In this document: positions 25,760-39,786 of the stretch, piece by piece
How positions within the stretch are numbered: the first letter of the stretch is position 1
Layout: each line of letters opens with the position of its first letter
Assembly (NCBI GenBank): GCA_002189035.1
Contig: NEEC01000013.1
Span: forward strand, 1,550,001 to 1,614,000
DNA length: 64,000 nucleotides
Origin: Utricularia gibba
Taxonomy: Eukaryota; Plantae; Magnoliophyta
Reading direction: 5' to 3'
Notes under the pieces: generated by a model
Database searches by the model: none
What the model was told of the DNA's origin: nothing
The model's input: only the letters and a program-made list of their open reading frames with translations
Position numbers and translations under genes: made by a program

Positions 25760-26990
25760 AGCTCGAGTTTATTGGCCAGAGAAGGGTCTTGAATCCCGGA
25801 TTCCGGTTATTCCGAGGCGGCGGGGAGCTGCTGCCTGATCAAGGCGGAAGTTCGGTCTTCCACAACACTCTGGGTTGTCGATGAAGAAATTGGGGAAGGT
25901 TCATGGCTTTCCGGTACTGGGGTGCGTAAAACATTTCGAGGTATTTCTTGATCCCCTTCTGATCGACATTGGAAGCATGTTTTGAGTGAGCGTACGTATA
26001 TTCCGGCCAGTGTCATTAGTTTGTCTGAGTAGATCTTCCATGTGAACCTGGAAGAAGGACGTGGTATACGTTTCGCTGGTGTTTTGAGTGGAAACAGAGC
26101 AGGGGACTCCTTGCTTCTCCTGGATTGGTTTGAGGCCACTAGCAGCAATGGCTTCCCAGTAAGAGGGATTAATTCTTCTGGCATTTCTCAAAGAAGTCGA
26201 CGAGAATCTGAGCGACCTGGTCACCATTGTAAGGATCGATGTGGAAATCAGACGCCCTGTGGACGATGATCTCTGCCGGGCCGCCGTGAGGAGTGGAAAA
26301 GGTAGGCAGCCCAGAGGCCATGACTTCGATGAGAGTCAGGCGGAAAGCCTCGTAGAATCCAGTCTGCACGAAGATGCCATTGGTGTCAGCAATGCACCTG
26401 TACAGTTCGCCATTCCCCAAACGGTTCATTTGTGAAGAAATCCATCCATCTGAATTGGCCATTCAGTTTGTGCTTCTCTATGAGCTCATCTCAGGGTCTT
26501 CTCACTTTCTAATTTCAGCAAGAACACCCCTGTGCAGTATGCGAGCCACATAGCATTCACAATGCTTGGTCCTCCAGGTCTTTGGATTCCTTCCTCTTGT
26601 CTCCTTAATCCAGGCATTGCGAATGCTGTCTGGCTCTCATACTGTACAGGGGTGTTCTTGCTGAAGTTAGAAAACGAGAAGAAGACCCTGAGATTCAAAA
26701 CAGAGACAGATGATTCATCTTCTCGAATACAGAACCAGAGAGCACTGTCCGGCTATCGCTTGGAATGTGCTGGTGATGATGAAGTCAGTGTGATTCATTG
26801 CATAGAGATCGGCGCTGAATTGGCTTGAAAAATGATACTTCTCATCAAATTTTTTCCAGTATGTATCTGAATCCACGTTGTTTTCTCCAGTGCCTGTGCA
26901 ATTGTACACTTGAAGAAAAAAAATTATTGTCTTATCCAATTCACATGAGATCAAGTAAGAACATCGGTACAAAATTATTGTCTTATCCAC
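25760..26990 (-). pseudogene. SUS: Sucrose synthase 3'-half pseudogene fragment
   Basis: Fragments read [68 protein letters not shown]...[22 protein letters not shown] and TWKIYSDKLMTLAGIY. The 5' half is absent, there is a large internal deletion, and frameshifts are present. Confidence 0.88.
26489..26693. repeat. Inverted repeat (~80-bp arms, ~40-nt spacer) made from a SUS intron-end plus exon
   Basis: 26489-26569 is the reverse complement of 26610-26693, at about 88% identity by manual pairing. Confidence 0.9.
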
Positions 26991-27818
26991 GTCTTTTAAA
27001 ATACACTTAGTTAAAAAAAGTTAATAGATTACTGACATTTAATTATATTAAATAATATATTTAATTACATATTTGATATTAATGATATTTAACATTAAAA
27101 ATTAAATAATCAATCAATTTTTTTATTTAATCCGATATTCATGGTGATAAAAACAATTTATTAGGTAAGTTTAATTAATTTTATGCGATAAATATTGTAT
27201 TACTCTTATTATTTTTATAGAAATTTCTCCAATTTTGTATTATGCATATTTTAGTAATATTGTATATAATTTTAATTAATGATAAATAAATTTTAATTAA
27301 ATAATTCAAATCGTTTATGTTTATATAAATTAGTTATAGTATTCTTTAATATTGAATAAATTAATGGGCTGAGTATTTGCATTGGCATATGAAAGAAGCC
27401 TGGGCTGGTAGGCCCATCATGAAAAAAGATACAGGCTCATCATGAAAAAAGATACATAGGCCCATTTACATGCTCCAGTGGCCCAGTTAGATTGACAGCT
27501 ATGAGTACACTACAGTACCTGTGCAGCTATAAAAGTGGCTTCATCTCCCAATCTTACTCTCTGCTTTGTCTTCGTGGAGTTGCCCCTGAAGCAGAATGAA
27601 ATGGTTCAGAAAGAATTGATAGCTCAAGTTTATTATTTATATACACCCTCGCCCAAGTCTCCGACTGGCAGCCAAACATGCGAGCATTGGAAATGGAAAA
27701 ACAAGGCTAAACAATGGAGGATCTCAGACAACTTGTTTCAAGATGCTGAGTTGATTGCAGGGTGCTTGCTTCCTTCTTGCTCAGCAGGTAGCCAAGGAGT
27801 TGAATGTGATTGAAACAG

Positions 27819-30800
27819 TTAATGGAAAAATGCTTCTCCGTGGGCTACCCATTGCACAAAACTGTCTGAAAATCCATCAGGGACTTCGTTGTCGGTTGTT
27901 TCACACAACCCAACTTCAGTTTCAGGGCCATCACTCATCTACAGATGCATGAAGGTGGCATTATGAAGCTGGGGATTCATGTCAGAGTGATCAAAATATG
28001 TAGACTTGCCTGTGGCTGTGTTCTGGAGATGGAATCATTGGTAGATGGTGTTATTTCGTGGACCGGCACGTTGATAACATTTTCCGATGACATCCTTGAT
28101 GTTGCTGGAGTCCCTCCCAGGAATGATCTGATGACGAAAAATAAACATCTTCAGAGTTTTTCTTTTTGTTCATTCCACTTTCAGCCTGTTGAGCTGTATG
28201 TTGCTTGGGAGATAACCATATTGTACATACATCTATGCTACAGTTTCGAATGTCAGTTTTCCAATCAATCCCAGTGGCATAAAATTTCAAGCTTTATAAA
28301 AAAAAATCAAGTATATATATGAAGGAATTCAGAAGAAGTACCTTTCAAATAACTCTTCGTCGAATGAGTTTCCAGAGGAAGAGAGCCAATCCAAGTCCAC
28401 AAAGTTTGAGCAGGTGATTGGCTCCCCGGGTTCATTCTCAGAATATCTATCTCTGCGCATTTCCGCAAGAAGCACCCTTGCATGCATCGAAGAAATGCAT
28501 CTTCACATGCACAATCCAAGAGCAATGAGGCAAAAGTAAGTAGGACCAAGTTTGGGATTCGAGTTTTCAAATTTAGACAACATAACCGGAAGGGGTATCT
28601 AAATGGGATATGTAGATAGAGCCAAATCCAGACGAGGTAAGAGAAGTCCCGAACCTTGAATATGCCAACCCTCTTTGGGATGCGGATATTTCAGGTGCAG
28701 ACTCGAAATTCTCCCTTTGTTCTGACGCATCCAAGAAAGCAGCACCAGGGAAATCCTTGTTATTGTCTGCTGTTGATGAAGGTGAGTTTTCATGAAGAAT
28801 ATTGCCATCTGAAAACGATCTTCTGAAAAGTGACCTACCATATATGCAAATGAAGATGAGACAGAAGAAAAACCGCCTTTGCTTAAAGCACAAATTCTTC
28901 AAACGACTTAATTGCAGAGATAAAAGGAAATAAACGGTGTATATGAGTACCAATGGAAGTTGAGTTATTCCAACAGAACTAAAAATTTTGATATTCCTAT
29001 TTCCAGGTAGAAATAAGAATATTCATAGGGTTCGTACCTTCTGGTTTTATCGCTGATTGGCAGTTTTGGTTCTCTGATGCCATTACCCTGCTCAGCACCA
29101 GATCCCCAAGGATCTGTTTTATTAGGCTTAGGCTGCAAATTACCTAGAAAACTGCCCGAGTATTGAACTCCTATCAATGCCCACATTATAAGAAACGTGC
29201 AGAAACATGTAAGCCGAGCAAAAAATCATGCTTGCAAAGAATCCAGCTCCAAGTTTAGATGGACATTTATAAGGGAGGAGGCACAAGGTCAATCCAGGTA
29301 CACATAAAGGCATATATGATACTAAGTACCACTGCAACCAACTCACACGTTAATGGCCCTTTGTTTATCTGGATCCACATAAGAATTGCTGTAATATCTT
29401 TGAAGAGTTCGCAAAAACTCCAGGGAATGTGCCGCTGCTTTCCACTGGCCTCTTCGCTCCGAGAAAATCTATTATGTAAATATTAGATATATGAGAAGAA
29501 CGGGGCATAGTTCACATGAATGACAAATTGTGACTAATAAGAGTTCAAATATGAGAAATGGCATTTTCTTTTACCTTGTTGTGGGCAGCAGATCCACTAT
29601 ATTGCTGCGCAAGAGTATCACCCATCTTTTCATAATAACGTATGAGTTCTTCAACCAAAGGATCTTCGAGGTTCATCTTTGTTGAGGATCTTAAGCCTAA
29701 GGTGTGCAACTGATGCCCCAAAGCAACCAAACCATATGAAAATTGTGCTACATTTGTCCTATCCAAACAATCAATACAATTTGTCCGAAGCACACCCTTT
29801 TGCGTCAATAGTGGCTTCACAGAAGGATTGATGTCACCAGTACTATTAGTCCTGCTGGACTTTTCATTTGAGCCGACACCGTTGGTCTCCTTTTCATTGG
29901 GTTCCAAAGCATCAATGAAACTGTAAGCTGAACCAGACATGCTGGGAGCAACAAAATTCCAAAGACACATCAATGATAGTTCTAGAAATAGTACCTATTC
30001 ATGACTAAAATGTAATGAGAAGGCCATAAATTAAAGACAAGACGCTTATTGTAACTATTTTTTAAAAATAAGATGCAAGATCTCGTTAACTATAAAACAA
30101 ATTCTGAAGAAGATACGGAAGGATACTGCTGGTTTGGTTGACATTTTTCACAGAAATTTTTAATTCAGTATAATAATCTCTTTTTCTTCTGCTACAGAAA
30201 AAAAAAAAATCTCTGTTTCTTGCAGGCAGTTGTTGCTTTTAGGGAACAACATGCATGGACAAGAGCAAAGGGGATTAAATAGTGGTGCCATAAAAAAAAA
30301 GGGAACTGAAGGACTTCAAGGAACTCACTCGAGAGTAGACCATTTAATCCACTGATCAGATAGCATGCCAGGTGTGATTTGGAAACAGAAGAATCCGGTT
30401 AGTGTCAAAGCATAGGCAGCCACCTTCCCCAAAAGAAGTAAAGCATCTTTTGACTTGCTGCTGAAAACCAGAAAGAACCAACAATATTAGGCTTTATACA
30501 GCAAAAAGATGAATGACAGAAAAAAATATATTCCAAGTACCTGTTCGAGTATTTATGCAGGTCCAAATGTACAAATCTAAGTTGGCTTTCTTCAGATAGA
30601 TCCTTATTAATGGCTTGAATAGCATTAGAAAATTCTGCACGAAGGACGGATTCTCTAGGTTTTTTCTCAGTTGTCTGTAGACAAAGAGTAACAAGATCTC
30701 TAGTATTCAGCACAGTTGGTGCATCAATTAAAAGCAGGGCTATAAGCCTCCCACCTTAATCAAGTTGAAAATTATGATGGGGTTTCCATATCGCTCCACC

Positions 30801-33460
30801 AGATTTTCAAAATGCATCCTGGTAGCTTCATAAGTTTGGTCCTTCTTTGACACTGAAAAAGAGAAACTGATATTCAATTTGATAAAAGAAGGATGTTTTA
30901 GCACAACAAAGGAGAAAAATGTGCTGGATTAATCATACATATGATATCAGGCTTCAGATTTAAACGGGAAGCTTCCTGTGACCAGAATAGTGGTATTGAT
31001 CCACGATTTTGGATGACTGAGCTAACTTGCACGGGGATGCCTTCAGGAACATCCTCCATCACAATCTGCTCGATCTCAACATCATTAGCCACTTTTCCCT
31101 TTTCATTGACACCACGTTTTAGATATCTGCAGAAGCAAGCATCTAAAGTCAGCATGCAACAGCGGAAAAGCTAACTGGTGATGAAACAACTTGCTAGATA
31201 CTCTCTTATGATATCCATAAGTGTGAGAAGAGGTGAGGAGATAACAGATCAGCCACAAGGCCATAGAAATCTTAGAACAAAACCCCGTCAACATTATATC
31301 CTCATAAAATATCTTAAGACATAATGGAACGTTTTAGGAATGGTTCAAAATTAGATGATGAACTTTCTACGAAAAGTCACTAATAATTATGAAAAAAAGC
31401 GATGATGCTACATGGAATTCACCTAGCATCAGCTGCTGAAGAAGACAGAAGAAACAAATTTTTGAAAACTACATCCAGAAAGTGAATAGCAGTAGCCTAT
31501 GCCCAGAGATGCCATATTATGGTATTGTGATTTCCATGTCTACTTAGTCCTTCGGAGATGATTCTTGGATAATTATTATTCATATATTACAGAAAGAATT
31601 CAACAAAGAAAAGCTATTCAATATGCACTCAGTTTACTAAAAGATTGTCATTTTATCAGCCCAACATTTACCTGGTCCCTGCATAATGTCTTGAACGTCT
31701 GGCAATGAGAGTCAGTTTGACGTCTCTTCCCGACACAGAAATAGTATCCTGTATTGAACATTTTATGGCATTCAAAATTAAGATATTCGAACTTCAAAAA
31801 CAGACCCATCCATTCACGGACATGGAAACATGAAGTGTAACTCTCAGCAACAAAACATTTCAAAATAATATCCATCAAAGAAGGCGCATATGGATAGTTA
31901 AAAAAAGCATGAGAGGGAAATCCACCGAGAGATATGTATACCCCATGATTCATACCCTGATATAAACTTCTTAGTTCTGAGATTGAAAAAAGGAAATGGC
32001 ATCTCACGATAGGAAGAAGTTCACCTGCTTAATAAAGCCGTACACCAATGCCACAGTCCATATGGTATTCTGAAGAATACTTCGTATTCCACGAGTAAGA
32101 AATTCATTCCACACGAACATTGTTTCATACAAGATTTTTCCCTTCTCGACGTCACAAATATTCTTTTGTAGACTTCTCATCACATTATATGAGTAACTAA
32201 AGTAGAAGTCCTTTGTCAGATCCACCATGCATAAGAGCTTCTTGTATCTGTCCGTGAAATCATGCTGGTCAATATTAATCATGACAAAAATTGGTCCAAG
32301 AAAGAACGAAAAGATATAAATAACTAGCAGAGCATGCAATTCTGGCGTTAGCTAAGACTGAACGAAACATACTCTGCTCACAAATGGTTTTCAAATAAAT
32401 AGTAGTAAAGAAATGGATGGAGCGCCATTATCCCTTAATGACTCAGGATCTAAAATAGCATGCACTGGTGGAGTGCATTCCAAAACAGTGGAAACGTTGG
32501 GCCAAAATATGATGAAGGCAGAAACTGCAGAGCAGGAACTAAACAGCAAGCCCACCAAACACATTGCCTCCAATCTTGACCCAATCCTTGAATATGTTCC
32601 AATCCCCCAACCGTTTTATGTTTTACTCCTAGTATCATGCTTTCCCACTCTCATCTGCCATTTTCATCACTTGATAATATAGTAATTTTTAATAAAAATC
32701 CCACATAATATTTGCTACAAAAGCATTAAAAACATAAAAAAAGAGAACAGGAGATATATATCATCTAACCTGTTTTCAATCCGACTGTTGATGCGGGTGG
32801 ATCCTAATGCTGAATTTGACAGTGGAATCACTGCGCTCTTTGAGATAGTATAGACATCATGACCACAAATTCTACCAACCGCGGTTTTCTTTGTAATAAT
32901 CAACATATAATAAGGACCAAGAAATTTAATGAATCCTGAAAGGTGAGGTTAAGGGATTTGAAGTATAATCAGGCCAAGGTTGTCTAACTGCACATAACAA
33001 GTTAACAAAACATACCAACAAGACCATAGCAAGTAGTAACAAATTTGAGTCCTCCGGTAACCTTGTTTCCTTCATTTATCCTTCTCAATAAATCGGAGCA
33101 CTCCTTTTCAGTATATGTTGTGGAGTCTTCACGTATATTAAGCTCCGATGGCTCTGACCTATCAATTTTCAAAACCTTCCAGAACGCTCTGCTTTTGTCC
33201 CTACCTACAATATAGAAATTCTGGAAAACAAAAACAAAAACACTTCAAACAATCATCTACAATGCCTAAACTTGAAGACCCATCAGGTCCCATGAACTAC
33301 AGTAATGCTCTATGAATCATAAACTGGAAGGTTAGTATGATACCGATCGTGTCTCGTACAGCCTGAATTTCTGCATAAACCCATCAGGTGGGGGCAAGCA
33401 TTCGGAAAATCGTGGAGAATGAATCCCTTGCTGCTGTTCAGCTTCCAAAACGCTAGCCAT
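27819..33460 (-). CDS. SAC: SAC-domain phosphoinositide phosphatase (SAC2-5/FIG4-like), multi-exon
   Basis: ATG at 33460 gives MASVLEAE...[12 protein letters not shown], then [41 protein letters not shown], the catalytic [16 protein letters not shown], and C-terminal [17 protein letters not shown]. Confidence 0.93.
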
Positions 33461-35022
33461 TGGTTTTGGTTATCCCAACTATCCCCGAGCACACGGCTCG
33501 GGATCAATCACGTTTGCATTCAACAGAGGCCCTCTTATCTTCTCGCAACATCATCAAACATCGACCACCATCCCACAGGTTGCTTCAAAAAACAGCATTC
33601 CCCAACTGCTGAAACCAAAAATACACAGAAAAAAAAAATCCAACTTTATCTTTGTCAATCCTCTTCCAGTTTCCAAACCCGCAACAGTTTCAACACAACA
33701 CACAACACCCCATTCCGATCTCCATAATTACCCAACAAAACAGTATCAATCTGTTAAGTAAATGAAGCTGAAACGTGTCGGCAACTCTTTTTCAAATCAA
33801 ATTTGCAGGAAACATCAACCACTTATACTGAAATGCGTAATGTACTGAAAACAATAACCAGATTAAAATTAAGCAACAAAAGAAAAAAAAATGATGAGAA
33901 GAGACTGCAAGAAAGAAGTTAGGAGACAGGTTGGATCTGCAGAGAGGCATTACCATAGCCGTAAACCACATTCCATTCCAATAAACGAACAGCCCTCTTC
34001 CCTGATCAGTTTTGGAACACACATTCAATCATCCGTCAATCCTAAATCACCAGTTGCATTCCATTTATATGTATGGCTCCATGTTTTTCCACCTCTACAA
34101 GCATTTTTATTTTTTTGGGAACCACCATTTTAACAGCGATTTAGGCGCAATTTAAGGTTTTGCGCATTGAAGTGAATAAGCTGATTAAGAAGTGAAAAAA
34201 AACAGAATATTGGGCCGATAGCTTGGGCCCAACGCAAGGCGACCCAGAAATTTCTCCACGCAATTAAACTAAAATAATATAATTTATTTTAAAAATATTA
34301 TTCTTCATCCTCAATATTTTAAAATCTAAAAAATTGGTCCTTATAAAATTAATCCTCACTATTTTGATAAATATTTTTTTCTCAAATTAATCCATCTTTT
34401 TATTTAATTTATTAATAATTCCTATTTGTTAGGTATGTTTTATTTCAATAATTTTTAAAATGATTCTATTTAATTTTTAAAGATAACATTTTTTAATTAT
34501 TCTATACTAAAATCAGAAATTTAGATTTTGTTATTAATTTTAAAAATTATTAAATTTCTTAAATATCTGTTTAATTAATTAAATAAGAAATCAGTTAGAA
34601 AAATCATAATACTCATTTTTTTATCCATTTTTAAAATTCATTTATATAATAATGATAAATTATAAATAATTTAATATATTAAAAATTATAATGTATTTTA
34701 TTTTATTAAATTATATAATATAATTTTATACTATTCATAAAACAATTTTACAATTTAAAACTATTTTATTTACATAATATCAATACTAATTATTGATATT
34801 TTATTCAGTTTAAATCACAATTTTAAATTAGGTTCGAATGCTTCTGATATCAAAGATTATTGTAATTAATAGGTTGGCCTAATTACCAATTTTATTTTCA
34901 TTTTTTTATGAATATATTGTTCAAGAGCGTACGAACGAGGCTAAAAATTATTAATTACAATCGAAAAAGGTAAATGGTGTGTACTGTACAGACAGTAGCC
35001 TACTGCGAATAAACAACATCCT

Positions 35023-35511
35023 CTACAGAAGCAGATCATCTCCGAAGAAGTAGAGCATCCGCTCCACCACCCAACTCGGCGGCTCCGGCGGCCGTGGATT
35101 CGAGGGCGGCGATCTCGCCGGAATAAGAGACGCCCGACAAAGCGGACACGACATTCGATTGTCGCAAGCCACCCATCTCTCCAAACACTCCTTATGAAAC
35201 ACATGGCTGCAGTTGATCAGCTCCCAAACTTGGCTGCTCTCCTTCAGCTTGTTGAGACAGACTGCACACGACGAGTCCTGGTCTTCGGACTTCCGGCCTT
35301 TGATGTTTCCGAGAGTAGTTAGCACGATGCTCTCCGCGATGATCTTCAAGTTGGATGAACAACAAGCAGGAGATGAAGAATAAACAGTCTGTGAAGATAC
35401 AGAGGAGGCGAAGCTCATTCTGAAGAGTTTCAGAGCGAGAGATAGGAACCATCTTGAGACTGCGAAGATCAAGGCTGCTTTACAGACAACCAGTTCATCA
35501 CAAACAGCCAT
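35023..35511 (-). CDS. RING-H2 E3 ubiquitin ligase (BRH1/RHA1/XERICO-like)
   Basis: Hydrophobic N-terminus and the RING-H2 motif CAVC-x14-CSHVFHKECLERW-x7-CPLC. Intronless. Confidence 0.88.
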   Translation of the reverse strand: MAVCDELVVCKAALIFAVSRWFLSLALKLFRMSFASSVSSQTVYSSSPACCSSNLKIIAESIVLTTLGNIKGRKSEDQDSSCAVCLNKLKESSQVWELINCSHVFHKECLERWVACDNRMSCPLCRASLIPARSPPSNPRPPEPPSWVVERMLYFFGDDLLL

Positions 35512-38312
35512 TGAAACCACTACTGGAGTGTGTTTCTTGACGCAAGAAGTAGTGAATGACGAGGGAATTGGAAGGTGGGTGTATATAAAGAAGCACAAAA
35601 GCGAGATCCAACCAAGCTTTTGCATAGTGGGTGACGCCCTCTTTGCCCCTTATGTTGCTTTAACACCTCCCAAATAAACAGCGAAATCGGTGGTGGGTGA
35701 TCATTTTAACAGTAAAAAAAGACATTGTTTGAGTAAATAAGCTGTGACTATGCATCCTCCTCGCACCATATTCTTGGTTTTAATCCATATCAGTTGGTAA
35801 CGAGCTCATAACTTGCACCTCAAGGTGGGTCTCCTCTCTTCCATCTACTATATCTCTTTGTATCTTGATATCTCTTTTTGCTACTATGTGCACGGAACAG
35901 TAACACATACTATTAAAACAAATGATCGTAAATGAAATTATAATGGTCAAGTATATAATAAATTAAACATCATTAGTAATTCATGGAATCTAAACTTTTT
36001 AATATAATCCATACTCGACATATAATATCTTTAATTTCAATATAGTATCATATTATTTAACTTGCATTGGGTGATCAATATGAGTTTTCGTATTGGTTTT
36101 AATTATGATTTAAAAAAACAAAAAGATACATTGGATTTAGACAACAAAAATTAAATTAATTTATAATCTAATTATTAACTACAATTACACAAAAAAATCT
36201 TAATCGTATTAATAGTAATCAATTGTATCTAACCTTTTGATTGAGTTAATAATCTCGTCGTGCTACCATTGTCATGGGTAACGATCATGTTCATTTGGTG
36301 ATTAAGCAAAAGGGTTAAGAAGCGAGCGCAGAAAAGCAGAGACATCAAGATCTTGAAGGTGGAAAGTGGGTGGAGATGTCTGGAACACCACATGCTCAAG
36401 TTGTGGCCCTCTTTACAGATACGCAAGCTTTTCCTTTAGGGTTCTTTTTGTAAGATAATCCTTTGCCTGAGCGATCACGCATCGTCCATTTTCCCACCAG
36501 AAACCTCACCAAGCAACGCCCCATCACCCTTCGGCGTGATAAAGCAAAACGATCAGGTCATAAAGCCACCCTCATTACCAACTCTACCCAAAAGACCAAA
36601 AGCTACTTACCCGATAGCACAACTTGCAGAAGACCAGAGTAACCTCTAAGATTGCTTATGACCATGGAAAGAAATTATACGAAAATTGAAATCAAACTTC
36701 ATGAACCAGAAACAGAAAGCCCCACCGTATCCTTTGTTTTTATTTCATTAATATGTTAAAGTAAACAACCTCACATCTTAAAATGAAAATGAAATAACTA
36801 AATATATAATAAAATACAGATCAATTAATTGATTGGACTTAATTTTTTATAATGTAATTTACATTTCTTATGTTTGGGCTTCATGTCTGCGTTTGTCTAA
36901 TCCATCTGATCTTGAATTTCAACAAAGCACAGTATAGAACCCTGATTTCTATAACACCTTATGTTTTTGATCTTCTGTTTTAAAAAGATAACGAAATAGA
37001 ATCTCAGTTTTCAGGAGATGAGCAAAGGGCTCAGCAACTACGTGGTCATCCGGCATCCGAGCAAGAAAGCGAAGCAAAGATCCACCCATACACACTATTT
37101 TGTGGCAAGGGTTGCGAGTTCTTTATCTTTAAGCTTCTAAACCTGGTGCACGGCTAAGTTAGGTGACAAATGTCATACTCTGGTAGTAGCTTCATATGAG
37201 GTGTCGGTCTCTTTGGAAAATGCATCTAATAATATGTATATGAAAAAAATGATTATTTTCAGAATAAAACTGTTGAAAAGTGATGATACAATGAAATGAA
37301 CAAGTATTATAATAAACAATTTAGATTTAAGAGAGAAATAAAGTATATCAGAAAATAGAGATGAATATTAATGAATTAATCTTAATTTTTTTAATGTAAT
37401 TTACATTTATTATGTATTTAGATTTTACATGTATTTATATAACTTATGGAATTCTTAATTTCAACAAAATAAAACTCTCAAGTTTTAAATTCAACATCAT
37501 TTTTTTTTTATTTTACTACAGCATCTAAGCTCCTCCATTAGCACGATTTGCAACTCATACCTTCAACCAATAATTTCTGGGTTTTCAGCTACTGATGGCG
37601 GCTAACCCCAAACGAATAGATGTTTGTTTGGGTAAATCAACCTAATCCCTGATCAATAATTAAACTGCCTGCTGCACTTTGCAAGAGGCCATTTAAGTGC
37701 ATTTACTTGTGTAACTTATTGACATTGGCTATGGGTAATTAATGTCGCTAAGCATGTGGGAGGTTTTTTAATTAGATTAGGTTTTAACGTTTTGTGGCGG
37801 CAGGGATTTTCAACCCTAGATTCATTTTTTAATGTTCATTTTTTTTTCAAAGGGGTGGATTGATGTTCAATTTGACATTCATTTTGGGTTCTGTTTTGAA
37901 TTATTCAACAACCTCTGAGCATTTGTATTATTGTTGGGAGTTGATGTTTTTAAAGGTCAAAACTTTATGAACATGGTGTTCTGAATTATTGTTAGAAAGT
38001 AAGAACATAAATCCTTGTACATGCAATAAAACCCTTGTCATGGTTCTGGCTCCAGACTGAATTTCACGAAAAATGAGCTGCTATTTGTCATCAATCAATA
38101 TCTTGCCTACGCCTAGGGGACTCTCTCTGCTCCGATGGGGTGTGTGAAGTCCGTTCCCCGGAGGGAAACAGTTCCCACTGCTTCCCACCAACCCTACGTA
38201 CCCTACCCTATATCTTTGCCTTTAAATTCTAGGGTTTGCATCCCCGAATCCCAAGCTTCAGATCACACCTTGAATTCTTCCCATTTTCCCTTGCATGAAA
38301 TTCTCATACTTG

Positions 38313-39337
38313 ATGGAGGACAAGGGCATCTGTATGGGGAGCAGTCAGCTGGAATGGAATGATGTTGTTGTGCACGATGGAAACCAGAAACAGATATGTT
38401 TCTCAGTTTCGCGATCGAATGATCATGGAGCAGCTTGTTGTTCTTCTTCTTCTTCAAACTATCTTATGGCAACCCATCAGATGGGATGCTTGCCTCCATA
38501 TAAGAAACCCAAGTCTTCTCCCCTTGCTGTTTCCCCAAGAAACCCAAGATTTCGAGTTCTGCTCATCATGCTGGGAATCCTTGCTGTCAAGTTGAAGGAT
38601 GCAGTGTGGATCTCAAAGAAGCCAAGGGCTACCATCGAAGGCATAGGATTTGCGAGAATCACTCCAAGAGTCCTAGGGTTATTGTGCAGGGGATGGAGAG
38701 CAGGTTCTGCCAACAATGCAGCAGGTACACATCTCCTAGTTTTGCGTTTTTCCCGTGTAGCAGTCATGGCTTGTAATTTTCAACTGGTGGGGGGAATGTG
38801 TTGATCTTTCGAAGGTTCCATGCGTTATCTGAGTTTGATGATAAGAAAAGAAGCTGCCGGCGGCGCCTTTCCGATCACAACGCAAGGCGGCGGAGGCTGC
38901 ACGTGGAGACAATCCGGCTTCGCCCTCCACACGCCTCCTCTTCCTTCTACGGTCTCTTTTTTTAAAATCTCCAGAAATTCATAGCCTTCTTTGCTTTCAG
39001 TTTTCTATTGGATTAATCTGAAAAAAAATGAAGTATTTTGATTAATGGCTTTGTACGGGCAGACCTGATGAAAATGGAGCAAAACGGCTTGTTGAACCGG
39101 CTCCCATTCTCACCGCCCGAACCGCTCGATAGGAGAACCATATGCTTTTCTAGTAATGAGATGGAGAGTCCAGTCTCTGACCACATGATCTTCCTCAACG
39201 CTTCATCTCTTCTGTCAACCAATTCGGGGAGCACAACCTATAACCCGGCCACCGCGAGGGAGAGTTTTTGTCATGGAAACACCGTTTTTGCGACCGGAAG
39301 CACCGGTTTTCCGGCGATGAGCGGGACAAGTAGGTAA
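38313..39337 (+). CDS. SPL: SQUAMOSA promoter-binding-like (SPL) transcription factor, 3 exons, with an apparent frameshift at 38533-38536
   Basis: The SBP domain [29 protein letters not shown]...RFCQQCSR|[27 protein letters not shown] is split by the conserved intron (38724-38814). One extra C in the CCCC run links it to the N-terminal ORF. Exon 3 carries an ALSLLS-like motif (NASSLLS). Confidence 0.9.
39198..39217 (+). promoter_or_regulatory. Degenerate miR156/157 target site
   Basis: ACGCTTCATCTCTTCTGTCA versus the miR156 complement GTGCTCACTCTCTTCTGTCA: perfect at miRNA positions 1-12, with 4 mismatches and 1 G:U in the 3' half. Confidence 0.7.
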
Positions 39338-39786
39338 GGAACGTGGGGATCGGAGATGCATGGACTCCATTGGAGTATCTTCCTGAAGTTAAATGTAATA
39401 TCATTGCAGCCAACTAGTAATAAAAGCCAAGTTCGAACCGGAGTTCGGTATGCATCATACAAAACGGTTTAGAAAATGATAATAAAAGCCCCATGGCCAA
39501 AGCTCTAAATAATTCGCCATTGTGAACTGTCAAAGCATCCCAACAGTGTGACCAAGGAGCATCGACATGGGATGCTCTCTCAGTTAGCACTCGTTCATCC
39601 GCATGCATTACAGATGAGGGAAGAGCGCGGACAGTCGATTCTAAAAGGGATTTAGCATGCAAACATCTCCATGGATTAACACAGCAGCTGCACAGCATGC
39701 AGATTGATAGAGAACTCAAGAAATGGCTTACTCTGGCTGCTGATCACTTTGCGAGGAGCGTTTCACCTGATAGGGGAGGGAGTTCA

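Noticed and set aside
26919-26990. Short direct repeat aaaattattgtcttatcca (x2); a similar one (catcatgaaaaaagataca x2) at ~27415-27455
   Set aside because: Ordinary local duplications with no functional signal.
32391-32682. Short ORFs inside a SAC intron
   Set aside because: Not part of the SAC reading frame; at most a degraded TE fragment.
36229-37220. GC-richer patches upstream of the RING gene
   Set aside because: Possibly TE debris, but no diagnostic motif or terminus was found.
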